64,000 nt of DNA from Lysobacterales bacterium (GTDB taxonomy: Bacteria > Pseudomonadota > Gammaproteobacteria > Xanthomonadales > SZUA-38), in the NCBI GenBank assembly GCA_965212525.1, contig CBDBVC010000013.1:100002-164001 (forward strand), in the 5' to 3' direction. The notes under the pieces are model-generated. The model saw only the letters and a program-made list of their open reading frames with translations. It searched no databases and had not been told where the DNA came from. This document shows, in pieces, positions 9,839 to 19,623 of this stretch (its first letter is position 1; the number at the start of each line of letters is the position of its first letter). The position numbers were made by a program, and so were the translations under genes.

Positions 9839-10987
9839 ATGAAAATCAGATATCTGTGTGCGGTCGTCATCTCCGGACTGCTTTTCAATTTAAGTCATGC
9901 CCAGACCGTCGACATGACCATTCTGTCGAATCCGGCTGCGATCAACAGCTATCCGGGCAATGATGGTCTGGTCGGCAACGGCGATGACGTGGTGTCATCC
10001 CAAACCACGACCAACAACGGCTCTGGACCAAATACCAGCGGCAGCTACGGTTACAATGCATTCAATTTCGGTGGCGCCAGCAATGAGAACGAATTGCCCA
10101 CCGGATTCAACGCGATCACCTTCGTCAATGGCAATGTCACCATCGATCAGGGCGTCTTCAACAATGGCGGTGGTGCCATCGTCACGGCACTGGATATCAC
10201 CAGCGGTACCGAACCGTTTCCGGGTCACGGAGCCTATTCGGCGACAGCGACGTCCATCAACAGCGGCACCTACAACCCGGGCAGCCAGCAGTTCACCCTG
10301 GATGTCGACATCTCGTTTCTGATCAATGGCAACACGTCCACCGAACCCGGGCTGGTTCTCAGTGGGACAGCCATCATGCTCGAGTCAAGCGAGTTCACCA
10401 CCGGTTCCGGCAACGCCTATGTCGATCAGGTTCTGGTGCCCCTGGCTCAGGCATCGGATGCCGACAGCCTGGCCTACTTCGATGGCACCGGCATGCTGCC
10501 CAACCTGGGTTTCCCGATCCGTTTCGTGATTGTGGCCGTTGAAGGCGGCAGTGGCGGGTTTACAATCAACCAGGGTATCTCAGGCAGCTGGTTCAACCCG
10601 GAGACCGCCGGTCAGGGTTTCCTGATCGATGTGGACCCCGAGAACAATTTCATCTTCATCGCCTGGTTTACCTACGATGATGAAGGCAACCGCATCAAGG
10701 TGGGCTCGGATGATCAGCGCTGGCTGACGGCCCAGGGCAACTATTCGGGTGGCAGTGCCAGCATTTCCATATTCGACACCTCGGGTGGACGCTTCAACGA
10801 TCCTCAACCCACCGATACAGATCTGGAAGGCACCATGAACATCTCATTCAGCAGCTGCAGCAGTGGTTCGGTGCAATTCAACCTGCCCGATGACGGCCTC
10901 AGCGGCACCATTCCGATTCAGCGACTGTTGCCAGCGACCTCTGCCCTGTGCGACACACTGGGTGCACCTGCAGCGCTCGACCGGTAA
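9839..10987 (+). CDS. secreted protein of unknown function with a recurrent C-terminal GSW(F/Y)xPExxGQG domain
   Basis: Signal peptide MKIRYLCAVVISGLLFNLSHA. Gly/Asn/Thr-rich N-terminal part. The C-terminal roughly 140 aa are homologous to the C-terminus of the 18061-19611 protein. Confidence 0.8.
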   Translation: MKIRYLCAVVISGLLFNLSHAQTVDMTILSNPAAINSYPGNDGLVGNGDDVVSSQTTTNNGSGPNTSGSYGYNAFNFGGASNENELPTGFNAITFVNGNVTIDQGVFNNGGGAIVTALDITSGTEPFPGHGAYSATATSINSGTYNPGSQQFTLDVDISFLINGNTSTEPGLVLSGTAIMLESSEFTTGSGNAYVDQVLVPLAQASDADSLAYFDGTGMLPNLGFPIRFVIVAVEGGSGGFTINQGISGSWFNPETAGQGFLIDVDPENNFIFIAWFTYDDEGNRIKVGSDDQRWLTAQGNYSGGSASISIFDTSGGRFNDPQPTDTDLEGTMNISFSSCSSGSVQFNLPDDGLSGTIPIQRLLPATSALCDTLGAPAALDR

Positions 10988-11035
10988 TGAAGAGTCGCTC
11001 CACTCAGTGATGGGGCGACTGCTGTCCCTGGCAGG

Positions 11036-11524
11036 TCAGGTCGTTTCGACGGCCTTCCTGTCGGGCACAAAACTGGTATAGACGTAGACGGGTATATTCA
11101 GATCACCCAACTGATTCCTGATCAGAGGTCTGACATCGCTCCAGTCAAGTCCACCAACGCCTGTTGCCAGCCTTGGTATGGCAACGGAGTCAAACCCTTC
11201 CTTCACGATCAGTTTCTTGAGTGATCTCAGTGCATGATTGACACTGGTTGTCGTTGCCTTGCCAGGTCTTGCACCATGACCATAACCACCTTCCTGAGTG
11301 ATCAGGTTCACAACCCGAACACCGCCCACGCCACCCCACACCCAGGCCTCGCCTGGCTTCGGGTGAGCTGTGTGGCACCAGTGATGGTAGTCCTTGTGCA
11401 TGGCTGGATACTGCTTGTGCAGTGACTGCGCCAGCCCCTGATTCATTGGATCATTGGCGGCGACGCCATGAGCAATCACCTGAGCTTGCGTGAGCAGGAT
11501 ATCGCCTTCCACTTCATGGATCAT
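11036..11524 (-). CDS. macro domain (ADP-ribose binding/hydrolase) protein
   Basis: MIHEVEGDILLTQAQVIAHGVAANDPMNQGLA ... VAIPRLATGVGGL matches the macro-domain pattern. ATG 11524 is preferred over the longer listed ORF. Confidence 0.8.
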   Translation of the reverse strand: MIHEVEGDILLTQAQVIAHGVAANDPMNQGLAQSLHKQYPAMHKDYHHWCHTAHPKPGEAWVWGGVGGVRVVNLITQEGGYGHGARPGKATTTSVNHALRSLKKLIVKEGFDSVAIPRLATGVGGLDWSDVRPLIRNQLGDLNIPVYVYTSFVPDRKAVETT

Positions 11525-11655
11525 ATGTGACTTCCTTCGTGATTGTATGACCCTGATGGTAGTGTGGCGGTGTGGCAACCGGTATACGAGATACTACCTA
11601 GCATGTGCCGAGTCGAGCCATTGCCACCACAAGATTTCCATGTCACGTATCTGCC

Positions 11656-13252
11656 TCACCCAATGCGGCACTGAATCAAGCATGCTGATAATCGCCCAGA
11701 ACGATCCGGTGACCAGAAGGTCACCGGATCTGCCAGTTTCATTATCTGGGCACGACATCCGAATTCGGATTTCGAGGGTGTTCGCAAGGTATTGAGGAAT
11801 CGGATCAGGTCGAGCTTCTCATCATTCGACAGGGCCTTGAAGTTCTGACCGGCGAAAGCCGCTTCACTGCCGGGGTTGTCATGCAACTCGATGGCTTCGG
11901 CCAGTGTGAAGGCCCGGCCATCATGCAGGTAGGGTGCCGTGTCGGCTATGCCCCACAGTCGAGGTGTGATGAACTCACCGTTCTGTTTCGTCAGTGGCCA
12001 GATTGAATGATTCAGCCAGCGCCTCACCCATGTAATGGCGCTTGAGATCAGAGAACATTCTCACCTTGATACCGCCCTGGTTGTTACGCCTGAACCGCAT
12101 TGGTGGACGTGTCAGGTTGACGCTGTAGAACGTGTCCTCGAACGGTGCTTCGTCGGCACCGGTCAATTTGTAGGTCAGACGCCGCCTGTCGGTATCCATG
12201 CGCGGGATATGGCAATCGGCGCAGCCAATGTCGTTGAACAGGTCACGTCCGTCACGGGCGCTTGATGACAGATGTGACTGGAAAGGCCTGTCCATGGTGG
12301 TGTTGAAGATGCTGAGTGCGGACAGATCGCCCTCGGTGATTTCGTTGACCACACCATCACCATCCTGATCAACACCCTCACCCACAAGTTCGGTAGCCTG
12401 CATGCCCATGTGGAAGGCCATGGCACCCACATCAAATCCGCGAACGGTGGCAAACTCCCCCTTGCGCCCGAACGGACGGATGATCAGGTCATCTTCAACG
12501 CCTTCGACAGCTGAAGTGTCCAGACTTCCGGACCCATCAGCCGTGATCTGTCCGAAATAGACTCCCTTGGCAATCAGGTCAACTGTCGTACCGGGGTTGT
12601 CGAGCGCCTGCTGTTTCAGTTGCTGAAGCACCTCGGTCATTTCCATGCCGACCAGCTCCACGCCGCCGGATCCAAACAGGAACGGTGGGTTGATAAGACG
12701 TCCGGTAAAGTCCGCATTGTCATCCCTATTCTGGTCTGCCACATCAATCAGGTCAGGCTGAAACATGGGACTGGCACTGATGCCTCCCACGCCGCCCACA
12801 CCCAGACGTGCCGGCACGGTGGCATTGCTGGTAATGGTATGACACTCCAGACAGGTTTGTGCATCAAGGCCGTTGACGCGAAGAAAAGTGCCATTGCCCT
12901 GCAGTGTTGGCCGGTTGCCACCGTCGGGACTGCGGTTGTCCGGATTGGCCGGATCATTGGGGCCGTCACCATAGCCATCAAAGAAATTGAATGGTGTGGT
13001 GAAGACCAGCAGACCGGCACGTCTGATGCGCCAGAACGACACGTCATTATTGGCAATATCGTCCTGATCGAGCCGGTCATCCGGATCCAGACGCGGTTCG
13101 CCAATGCTGATAGTATGGGTCTTGTAGTCGTCACCAGCCAGACCATAATCCTGATACAGATCAGGATCCTGTGCGTGGGTCGTGATAGAAAAGAGCAGGA
13201 AAAGACAGGCGAGACAATTTCGACCTGTCCAGTATTGAGATAATCTGAACAT
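11656..13252 (-). pseudogene. di-haem cytochrome c peroxidase-like protein (DUF1111 family), interrupted by a frameshift near 11980
   Basis: Signal peptide from ATG 13252. Haem motifs CLECH and CADCH. The upstream frame stops at 11975. The conserved C-terminus (EFITPRLWGIADTAPYLHDGRAFTLAEAIELH) continues in a frame displaced by one nt. Confidence 0.75.
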
Positions 13253-13525
13253 GTGTGCTTCCCTCATCAATCCCCTGCTGCCTGACCGGGAATACCACTG
13301 GCCTCGCAAAACCATGCTACGCCTGCTGCGACTCCGGTTTGGTGAATTGCGTCACTGAAACGGATGTTTGAATCATTGCCGCCCGTTGATTCTTGCCACT
13401 GGTAACAGCCGATTCATTGACAGCACCGTCCGGTCCCACGCATGATGCTCAGGCCACACTGATGGTGCAAAAGTGATCGATTAACTGGCCGACGACTTAG
13501 CGGCGGATTGGAACAGCGAGACCCC

Positions 13526-14353
13526 ATGATCTTCAACAACCACACCCTTTCAACGCCGTTGAAGCGGCATGTCGAAGCCATATTTCATTTCGAGAATTTT
13601 GTGCCAGATCATTCGATAGAGCGGGTTATCCCGACTGGCCATGTGTTCATGCTGTTCGAACTTGATGGAATGCTCCGTCACACCTTTGACAACGAAAGCC
13701 TGGCACCGAATGCCGAGTTCAGGCAGGCCTGGATTTCCGGTGTGAATCGGCACTACATCTCCATATCAGCACATGAAAACTCGGAAATGTTCGTGATTCA
13801 GTTCAAGCCAGGCGGAGCCCATCCCTACATCGATGTACCCGTCTCGGACTGGACCGATCGTGTTATCCCGGCGGAAGAGGTACTCGGCGGTGAACTGCTA
13901 CAGCTGCGTGAGCAGATCGCAAGCGCTGAGACATCGGAAGACAAGTTCGACGCTGCCGAGCAATGGCTGATGCGCCGATTTGATGATTCGAGAACGCCAC
14001 CCGAATCGCTGCTCGAGTTTGTTGATCAGCTTCAGACCGAACCTGCTTCGAAATACACGGCGATCACCGATGGTTATCCGAACTCCCAGAAACACCTGAT
14101 TGATCAGTTCAAGCAGTACATCGGTCTGACGCCGAAACAGTTCCAGCGCATTGCCCGATTCAATGACATCCTCGGACGAATTCAGCAGCAGGACAACATC
14201 AGCTGGTCCGAGGTTGCCTACCAGTGCGGGTTTTCCGACCAATCCCATTTCATCAAGGAATTCAAGACCTTTTCGGGATTCAACCCGCAGGAGTTCATCG
14301 ACCTCGATCACCAGCACGCCGAACCGAATTTCTTCCCGCTGGATCGAAACTGA
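13526..14353 (+). CDS. AraC-family transcriptional regulator
   Basis: C-terminal double HTH: QKHLIDQFKQYIGLTPKQFQRIARF and WSEVAYQCGFSDQSHFIKEFKTFSGFNPQEF. The start is ATG 13526 or TTG 13508. Confidence 0.85.
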   Translation: MIFNNHTLSTPLKRHVEAIFHFENFVPDHSIERVIPTGHVFMLFELDGMLRHTFDNESLAPNAEFRQAWISGVNRHYISISAHENSEMFVIQFKPGGAHPYIDVPVSDWTDRVIPAEEVLGGELLQLREQIASAETSEDKFDAAEQWLMRRFDDSRTPPESLLEFVDQLQTEPASKYTAITDGYPNSQKHLIDQFKQYIGLTPKQFQRIARFNDILGRIQQQDNISWSEVAYQCGFSDQSHFIKEFKTFSGFNPQEFIDLDHQHAEPNFFPLDRN

Positions 14354-14442
14354 CGCATCAGGCAACACAGAGGTTAATTTTTTACTATATCCGGTGCTGA
14401 AGCTGTTTCAGACTGCGGGCTTTCAACAACAGGAGTCAGCTG

Positions 14443-14853
14443 ATGGATCTGGGTACTGCTTTTTCGAATATAAACTGGTTGTCCGTCGTGGTGGCTGCCA
14501 TCGCCTCATTCATGATCGGAGGAATCTGGTATGGTCCATTGTTCGGTCGCGCCTGGATGGCTGAATTCGGATTCACCGAGCAGTCTCTCGAACAACGAAA
14601 TATCGCAATGGTGTTCGGCACCTCGCTGCTGCTGGCACTGATCGCCGCCACGATTCTGGAGATGTTCATCGGCGTTGAGGCTACGTTGATTTCAGGAACA
14701 GCTGCCGGTTTTTTTGCTGGGTTCGGCTGGGTTGCCACCCTGCTCGGAATCCTCTACCTGTTCGAAATGCGCTCGTTGAAAGCCTGGCTGATCAATGCTG
14801 GCTACTGCACCCTGACGCTGACATTGATGGGGTCAATTCTGGGTGCCTGGTAA
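14443..14853 (+). CDS. DUF1761-family membrane protein
   Basis: INWLSVVVAAIASFMIGGIWYGPLFGRAWM is the typical DUF1761 N-terminus. There are 4 predicted TM segments. Confidence 0.75.
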   Translation: MDLGTAFSNINWLSVVVAAIASFMIGGIWYGPLFGRAWMAEFGFTEQSLEQRNIAMVFGTSLLLALIAATILEMFIGVEATLISGTAAGFFAGFGWVATLLGILYLFEMRSLKAWLINAGYCTLTLTLMGSILGAW

Positions 14854-14865
14854 TCGGTTAACAAA

Positions 14866-14889
14866 CCCGAGTCAGCATCCTGACTCGGG
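14866..14889 (+). terminator. stem-loop after the DUF1761 gene (no U-tract)
   Basis: Perfect 10-bp stem cccgagtcag/ctgactcggg with a 4-nt loop, 13 nt after the stop. The downstream sequence is not T-rich. Confidence 0.45.
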
Positions 14890-15194
14890 CTGTACCCGAC
14901 AATACCGCTCATCCCCTGCGAATGACCGCCCGGTACCACCCCGGCCAGGTGGCAGTTGCCAACTCATCCAGAATGAGTATACTTGCACTCCTCTTCAACC
15001 GAACCTTACAGGTGAGACATGAACAATACACAGCTGGACATTGTATTTGTCGACTTCTGGACAGGCTCGGTCATGACCACCCGCGTGAAATAACTCTACG
15101 GCCCCGGCCGAACCTCCAAATCCCGAAACGATAATAAATTTCGAGCCCAGCTCGGAATTCCGGCGTGTTTCTGCGTCGTTCGAGGAAAACAACA

Positions 15195-16614
15195 ATGAGA
15201 ATTTCACGACACAAACTCGGTCGGCGAGCGCGCTGGCTGGGTATTATTTTCAAACAGGGCCTGTCTGACAGGGAACGCGACTATACTCGCGGACCAATCA
15301 ACAGCGCAGTTATTCTGCTGGCGATCCCCATGGTGCTGGAAATGGTGATGGAATCTGTCTTCGTCATCGTCGACATGTTCTGGGTTGCCAAGCTGGGTGC
15401 CGATGCGGTAGCAGCTGTCGGCCTGACCGAAGCGGTGATCACCATTATCTATGCCGTCGCCATCGGGCTCAGCATGGCGACAACAGCAATGGTGGCACGT
15501 CGTATTGGCGAGAAGGACAATGAAGGCGCGGCCATTGCTGCAGCGCAGTCACTGTGGCTTGGCCTGGGTATTGCAATTCTGGTAGGCAGTACCGGGATGG
15601 TCTTTGCCGAGGATATCCTGAGGCTGATGGGCGCCAGCGAAACGGTGATTGCCGACGGATCCGGTTACACCATGGTGATGCTGGGCGGATCAATCAGCAT
15701 TCTGTACATCTTTCTGCTGAATGCCATTTTCAGGGGTGCCGGTGATGCCAATATCGCCATGCGTTCATTGTGGCTTGCCAATGGGATCAATCTGGTGCTC
15801 GACCCGCTGCTGATCTTCGGCGTGGGCCCGTTCCCGGAAATGGGTGTCATGGGTGCTGCCGTGGCCACCACCATCGGCCGCAGTATCGGCGTGATCTATC
15901 AGCTCAGTCATCTGTTCGGTCTTGGCGGACGCATCCGTGTCGGACTGAAGCAGCTGGCACTGCACCTGACTGTTGCAAAGCGTCTGGCACGCTTGTCGCT
16001 TGGAGGTATCGGTCAGTTCTTTATTGCGGTATCGAGCTGGATATTCCTGATGCGCATTGTCTCGCCTTACGGCAGCGAAGCCATCGCCGGATACACGATC
16101 GCCGTACGGATCATTCATTTCACGTTTCTGCCTGCATGGGGACTGGGCAATGCGGCCGCGACACTGGTGGGACAGAATCTCGGTGCCGGTCGACCCGAGA
16201 GGGCCGAACGGTCGCTTTGGCGTGCAGCCCAGTTCAATTTCATCACACTCACCGTGGTTGCCGTCCTGCTGATACTGTTTGCTGCCGAGTCGATTGCCTT
16301 GTTCACCGCGGAACCGGGGATCATTGCCTTTGGGGCCGATGCCCTGCGCTTTTTCTGCTACGGCTATCCGCTGATGGCTGTGGGTAATGGTGGCGTTGCA
16401 GAGTCTGAACGGTGCCGGCGATACGGACACCCCGACGCTGATCAATTTCGTCGCCTTCTGGCTGATCGAGATTCCGCTGGCCTGGTGGATGGCTGAAGTC
16501 GCCGGCCTGGGTCCGCGTGGCGTGTTCTGGGCCATCCTGATTGCTGAAACGGTCTTCTCGGTACTGACCATCTGGGTCATCCGTCGTGGCCGCTGGAAAC
16601 TGGTCTCGGTCTGA
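15195..16614 (+). pseudogene. MATE-family multidrug efflux transporter, interrupted by a frameshift near 16386
   Basis: The N-terminal 400 aa are typical MATE (PMVLEMVMESVF..., 12-TM pattern). The conserved C-terminus ALQSLNGAGDTDTPTLINFVAFWLIEIPLAWW lies in the +1 frame (ORF 16387-16614). The original frame runs on as non-membrane sequence to 16496. Confidence 0.8.
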
Positions 16615-16687
16615 ACAGATACAAATGCTGATGCGGGGTCGTCTGCTCGATGCAGTACCCCGCATCACCCACCCCGAGGAGTAACGA

Positions 16688-17674
16688 ATGTCGACAACAA
16701 TGAATATCCTGAATCACTATTTTACAAGCGAGGGTCCGGGTGCTGCTGTGGCAATCATCGACCCTGGATATGAGCCAGTCATCGAGTGTTTCGGCATGGC
16801 CGATATCGATCGTGGTATACCCATTGATGCACAGACCCTGTTTGATCTTGCCAGTGTCGGCAAACTGATCACGGCAACCCTGGTTCTCAAGCTTATCGAG
16901 AATCAGCGTCTGTCGATGGACATGCCGGTAGCAGAGCTGCTCGAGGAAATGTCGAATCAGAAATCTGGGCGTGCGGTGACCATCAGGGATCTGCTGTGGC
17001 ATACATCCGGGCTGCCCGATTATCTGGCAGAAGGTAAATACACAGAAACAGATGCCGTCAGCCTGCAATCGGTGCTGGACCGGCTAGGCACGTGGTCAAT
17101 GACTGCGCAGCCGGGCCTCGAGTTCATGTACAGCAACACCAACTACCTGTTGCTGGCCGAGATCTGCAGCCGCGTCTGTGGCGAACCCTTTGAATCCTGT
17201 CTCAGCACTCAGCTCCTCGAGCCGTTTGCGCTTGAAGGCATGCACACGGTTACTCAAGACATTCAGGATCTGCCAGCGGCCAGCGGTTATGTGTACTGTG
17301 GCAGCGGTCTGCCCACAGTCGAGCAAACTGGCTGGATGATCGAGACGCTCGGAGACGGCGGCATCTACAGCTCTGCTGAAAGTCTGGCCAGGTTCATGAC
17401 GCTGCTGTTCAGTGATCAGATCGTCAGTGAATCAACGCGTCGTCTGATGTGTACACGCGGACAGACCGATGACGGCACACCGTTCGATTACGGCTGCGGA
17501 ATCCAGCTCGAAGGAGGAGACGCTGCCAGCTGGTATGGACACGGTGGGAGCTGGGTCGGAACCACCACACTGGCAGGCTGTTATTCACCTGAAAACCGCA
17601 TCGTCATTATCCTCTCGAATGAAGAGATGGCGCCGGTTGAACGCCTGTCCTGGCAACTGATGCGTCATGCATGA
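16688..17674 (+). CDS. beta-lactamase-family serine hydrolase (cytoplasmic type), copy 2
   Basis: SxxK (ASVGKLI), YxN (YSNTNY) and HGG(S/T)W motifs. No signal peptide. Confidence 0.85.
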   Translation: MSTTMNILNHYFTSEGPGAAVAIIDPGYEPVIECFGMADIDRGIPIDAQTLFDLASVGKLITATLVLKLIENQRLSMDMPVAELLEEMSNQKSGRAVTIRDLLWHTSGLPDYLAEGKYTETDAVSLQSVLDRLGTWSMTAQPGLEFMYSNTNYLLLAEICSRVCGEPFESCLSTQLLEPFALEGMHTVTQDIQDLPAASGYVYCGSGLPTVEQTGWMIETLGDGGIYSSAESLARFMTLLFSDQIVSESTRRLMCTRGQTDDGTPFDYGCGIQLEGGDAASWYGHGGSWVGTTTLAGCYSPENRIVIILSNEEMAPVERLSWQLMRHA

Positions 17675-18060
17675 GATCTGCAATCGACTGCCATTCTGAT
17701 CTGATCACTGCCATACTGGCTGTGACGACTTGAAGCGGGTGTGCTGTGAATCAGAATCGGCACCGTTTGATCCAGACAGTGAGACCAGAGGCAACCCTTC
17801 AGGGTATCGCGGCCAGATGCCGGATACTCTGCATTGCAGGTCTCGCCATTGGAAGCGGTTGCCATGTCATTGACCACGGTTTCCCAATCGGCACGAAATG
17901 GATCATCCACCATGACAGTCTCCTCATCCGTATTGCATCTGACCATGTATCACGAACAGCGCCCCTCAGGCCAGTGACCCTGGAGTGTTCGATCAACTGA
18001 GGCTCATCTCTGTAGCACTATCTGCACGGTTTCCATGGGCTTTCGTGGTATAAAAACCCC

Positions 18061-19611
18061 ATGAAGACGTCCATCAGACCGCAGTTGCTGGCCCTGTTAC
18101 TGTTACTGCCACAGCTGCCCTTGCAGGCACAATCGTTTCTCTGGCCTGTGTCCACACCGGAAGCGGAGGGAATCGACCCTGCCGGGATCGAGGCTGCACT
18201 GACTGACATTGCCAGTGGGGAGTACGGCGATATCCGGTCGTTAATCATCATCAGGAACGGCAAGCTGGTCTCCGAAGATTATTTCCTCAATTCGGGTGTC
18301 AAGGCACCTGTGTATTCGGTCACCAAGAGCATCGGTTCAGCACTGCTCGGCATTGCTCAACACCGGGGTGCAGACATCGATGTACAGCGCTCGATGCTGT
18401 CCTACATGCCACAGTATGCAGACATTGCCGATTTCGACAGCAAGTCGGCCATTACCCTGGAAAACCTGCTGACCCAGCGGCACGGACTGGACTGGGATGA
18501 ATGGACCATCCAGTACGAACAGCCCGGCAATCCGGTGACCATCATGCTCAATACCACCGACTGGTACCGGACTGTTCTTGAATGGACAATGTCGACCCCG
18601 CCGGACACTGATTTTGCCTACAGTACCGGGGTCTCGTCACTGATGAGCGTGGTGCTGAACAACGTCACCGGCATGACACCATATCAGTTTGCCAGTGAAG
18701 CCCTGTTTGAACCGCTCGATATCACCGATACCCGCTGGGAACTGGTCGGTGCCAACGACACTGCCGGAACGGGCATCTCCGAATTCCCCGACAACCTGGA
18801 ACCACTGGGTTTCGGACTCTGGCTAAGGCCCTATGACATGGCCAAGATAGGCGAGCTGTTTCGCCTCGGTGGTGTCTGGCAGGGTCAGCGTCTGCTCAGT
18901 GAGTCCTGGGTGAAGGCATCAGTCCAGCCGCGCAATAACGGGGTCACCGATCCCGATATCTTTGCAAGCGCCAATTTTGGCTACGGCTATCAATGGTGGA
19001 CGCTGTCGTTCACCGATTCGCTGAACCGCATCTGGCATTCCTATTACGCCTCCGGATATGGACGTCAGTATATTTTCGTATTCCCTGAAGCCGATATGGT
19101 GATCGTCTCCACGGCCAAGGATTTTTTCTATGACGACGATGGCATCGGCTACCAGCTCAGAAACAATATTCTGCCGGCACTGGTCGATGGCCCACAGGGC
19201 TTCCAGGTCATGAACAGCGATCTGAATGGATCATGGTACTGGCCTGAAAACAGTGGTCAGGGTATCAACCTCGAGATCCTCAACGAGGGTACGGTGGCGC
19301 TGGCCTACTGGTATACCTATGACAATGACAACAGGCAGCGCTGGTTCATCATGCAGGGAGACATTGTCGACAACTCGGCCAGGCTGACGATCCGGTCAAC
19401 CGACAATGGTTCATTTGTCTACTCCGATCTACCCTACATTTCTGTGTGGGGGACAGGCGAACTGTTTTTCGACTCCTGCAACAGTGGCACCTTCCAGTTC
19501 ATTTCGGAGAGTGAAAACGTTTCGGGCGAAATTCCCCTGACACGACTGTCAGGTGGCGAGAACTGCGTCAATGCCGAGACTACCTCGGATCACCGCGCTT
19601 TTGTTCGATAA
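18061..19611 (+). CDS. secreted beta-lactamase-family serine hydrolase fused to the GSW(F/Y)xPExxGQG C-terminal domain, copy 3
   Basis: Signal peptide MKTSIRPQLLALLLLLPQLPLQA. SxxK (YSVTKSI). C-terminal roughly 135 aa (from about 19201): LNGSWYWPENSGQGINLE...YWYTYDNDNRQRWFIMQG...FDSCNSGTFQF...SGEIPLTRL. Confidence 0.85.
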   Translation: MKTSIRPQLLALLLLLPQLPLQAQSFLWPVSTPEAEGIDPAGIEAALTDIASGEYGDIRSLIIIRNGKLVSEDYFLNSGVKAPVYSVTKSIGSALLGIAQHRGADIDVQRSMLSYMPQYADIADFDSKSAITLENLLTQRHGLDWDEWTIQYEQPGNPVTIMLNTTDWYRTVLEWTMSTPPDTDFAYSTGVSSLMSVVLNNVTGMTPYQFASEALFEPLDITDTRWELVGANDTAGTGISEFPDNLEPLGFGLWLRPYDMAKIGELFRLGGVWQGQRLLSESWVKASVQPRNNGVTDPDIFASANFGYGYQWWTLSFTDSLNRIWHSYYASGYGRQYIFVFPEADMVIVSTAKDFFYDDDGIGYQLRNNILPALVDGPQGFQVMNSDLNGSWYWPENSGQGINLEILNEGTVALAYWYTYDNDNRQRWFIMQGDIVDNSARLTIRSTDNGSFVYSDLPYISVWGTGELFFDSCNSGTFQFISESENVSGEIPLTRLSGGENCVNAETTSDHRAFVR

Positions 19612-19623
19612 ACCCAGGTCAGA

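Noticed and set aside
17665-17913. Possible 82-aa ORF on the minus strand in the 386-nt gap between two beta-lactamase-family genes. GAGGAG lies 7 nt before ATG 17913.
   Set aside because: It has a good RBS but no recognisable family, an odd composition, and a 3' end overlapping the convergent gene. A competing + strand ORF (17746-18000) covers the same DNA. This is not enough to call either one.
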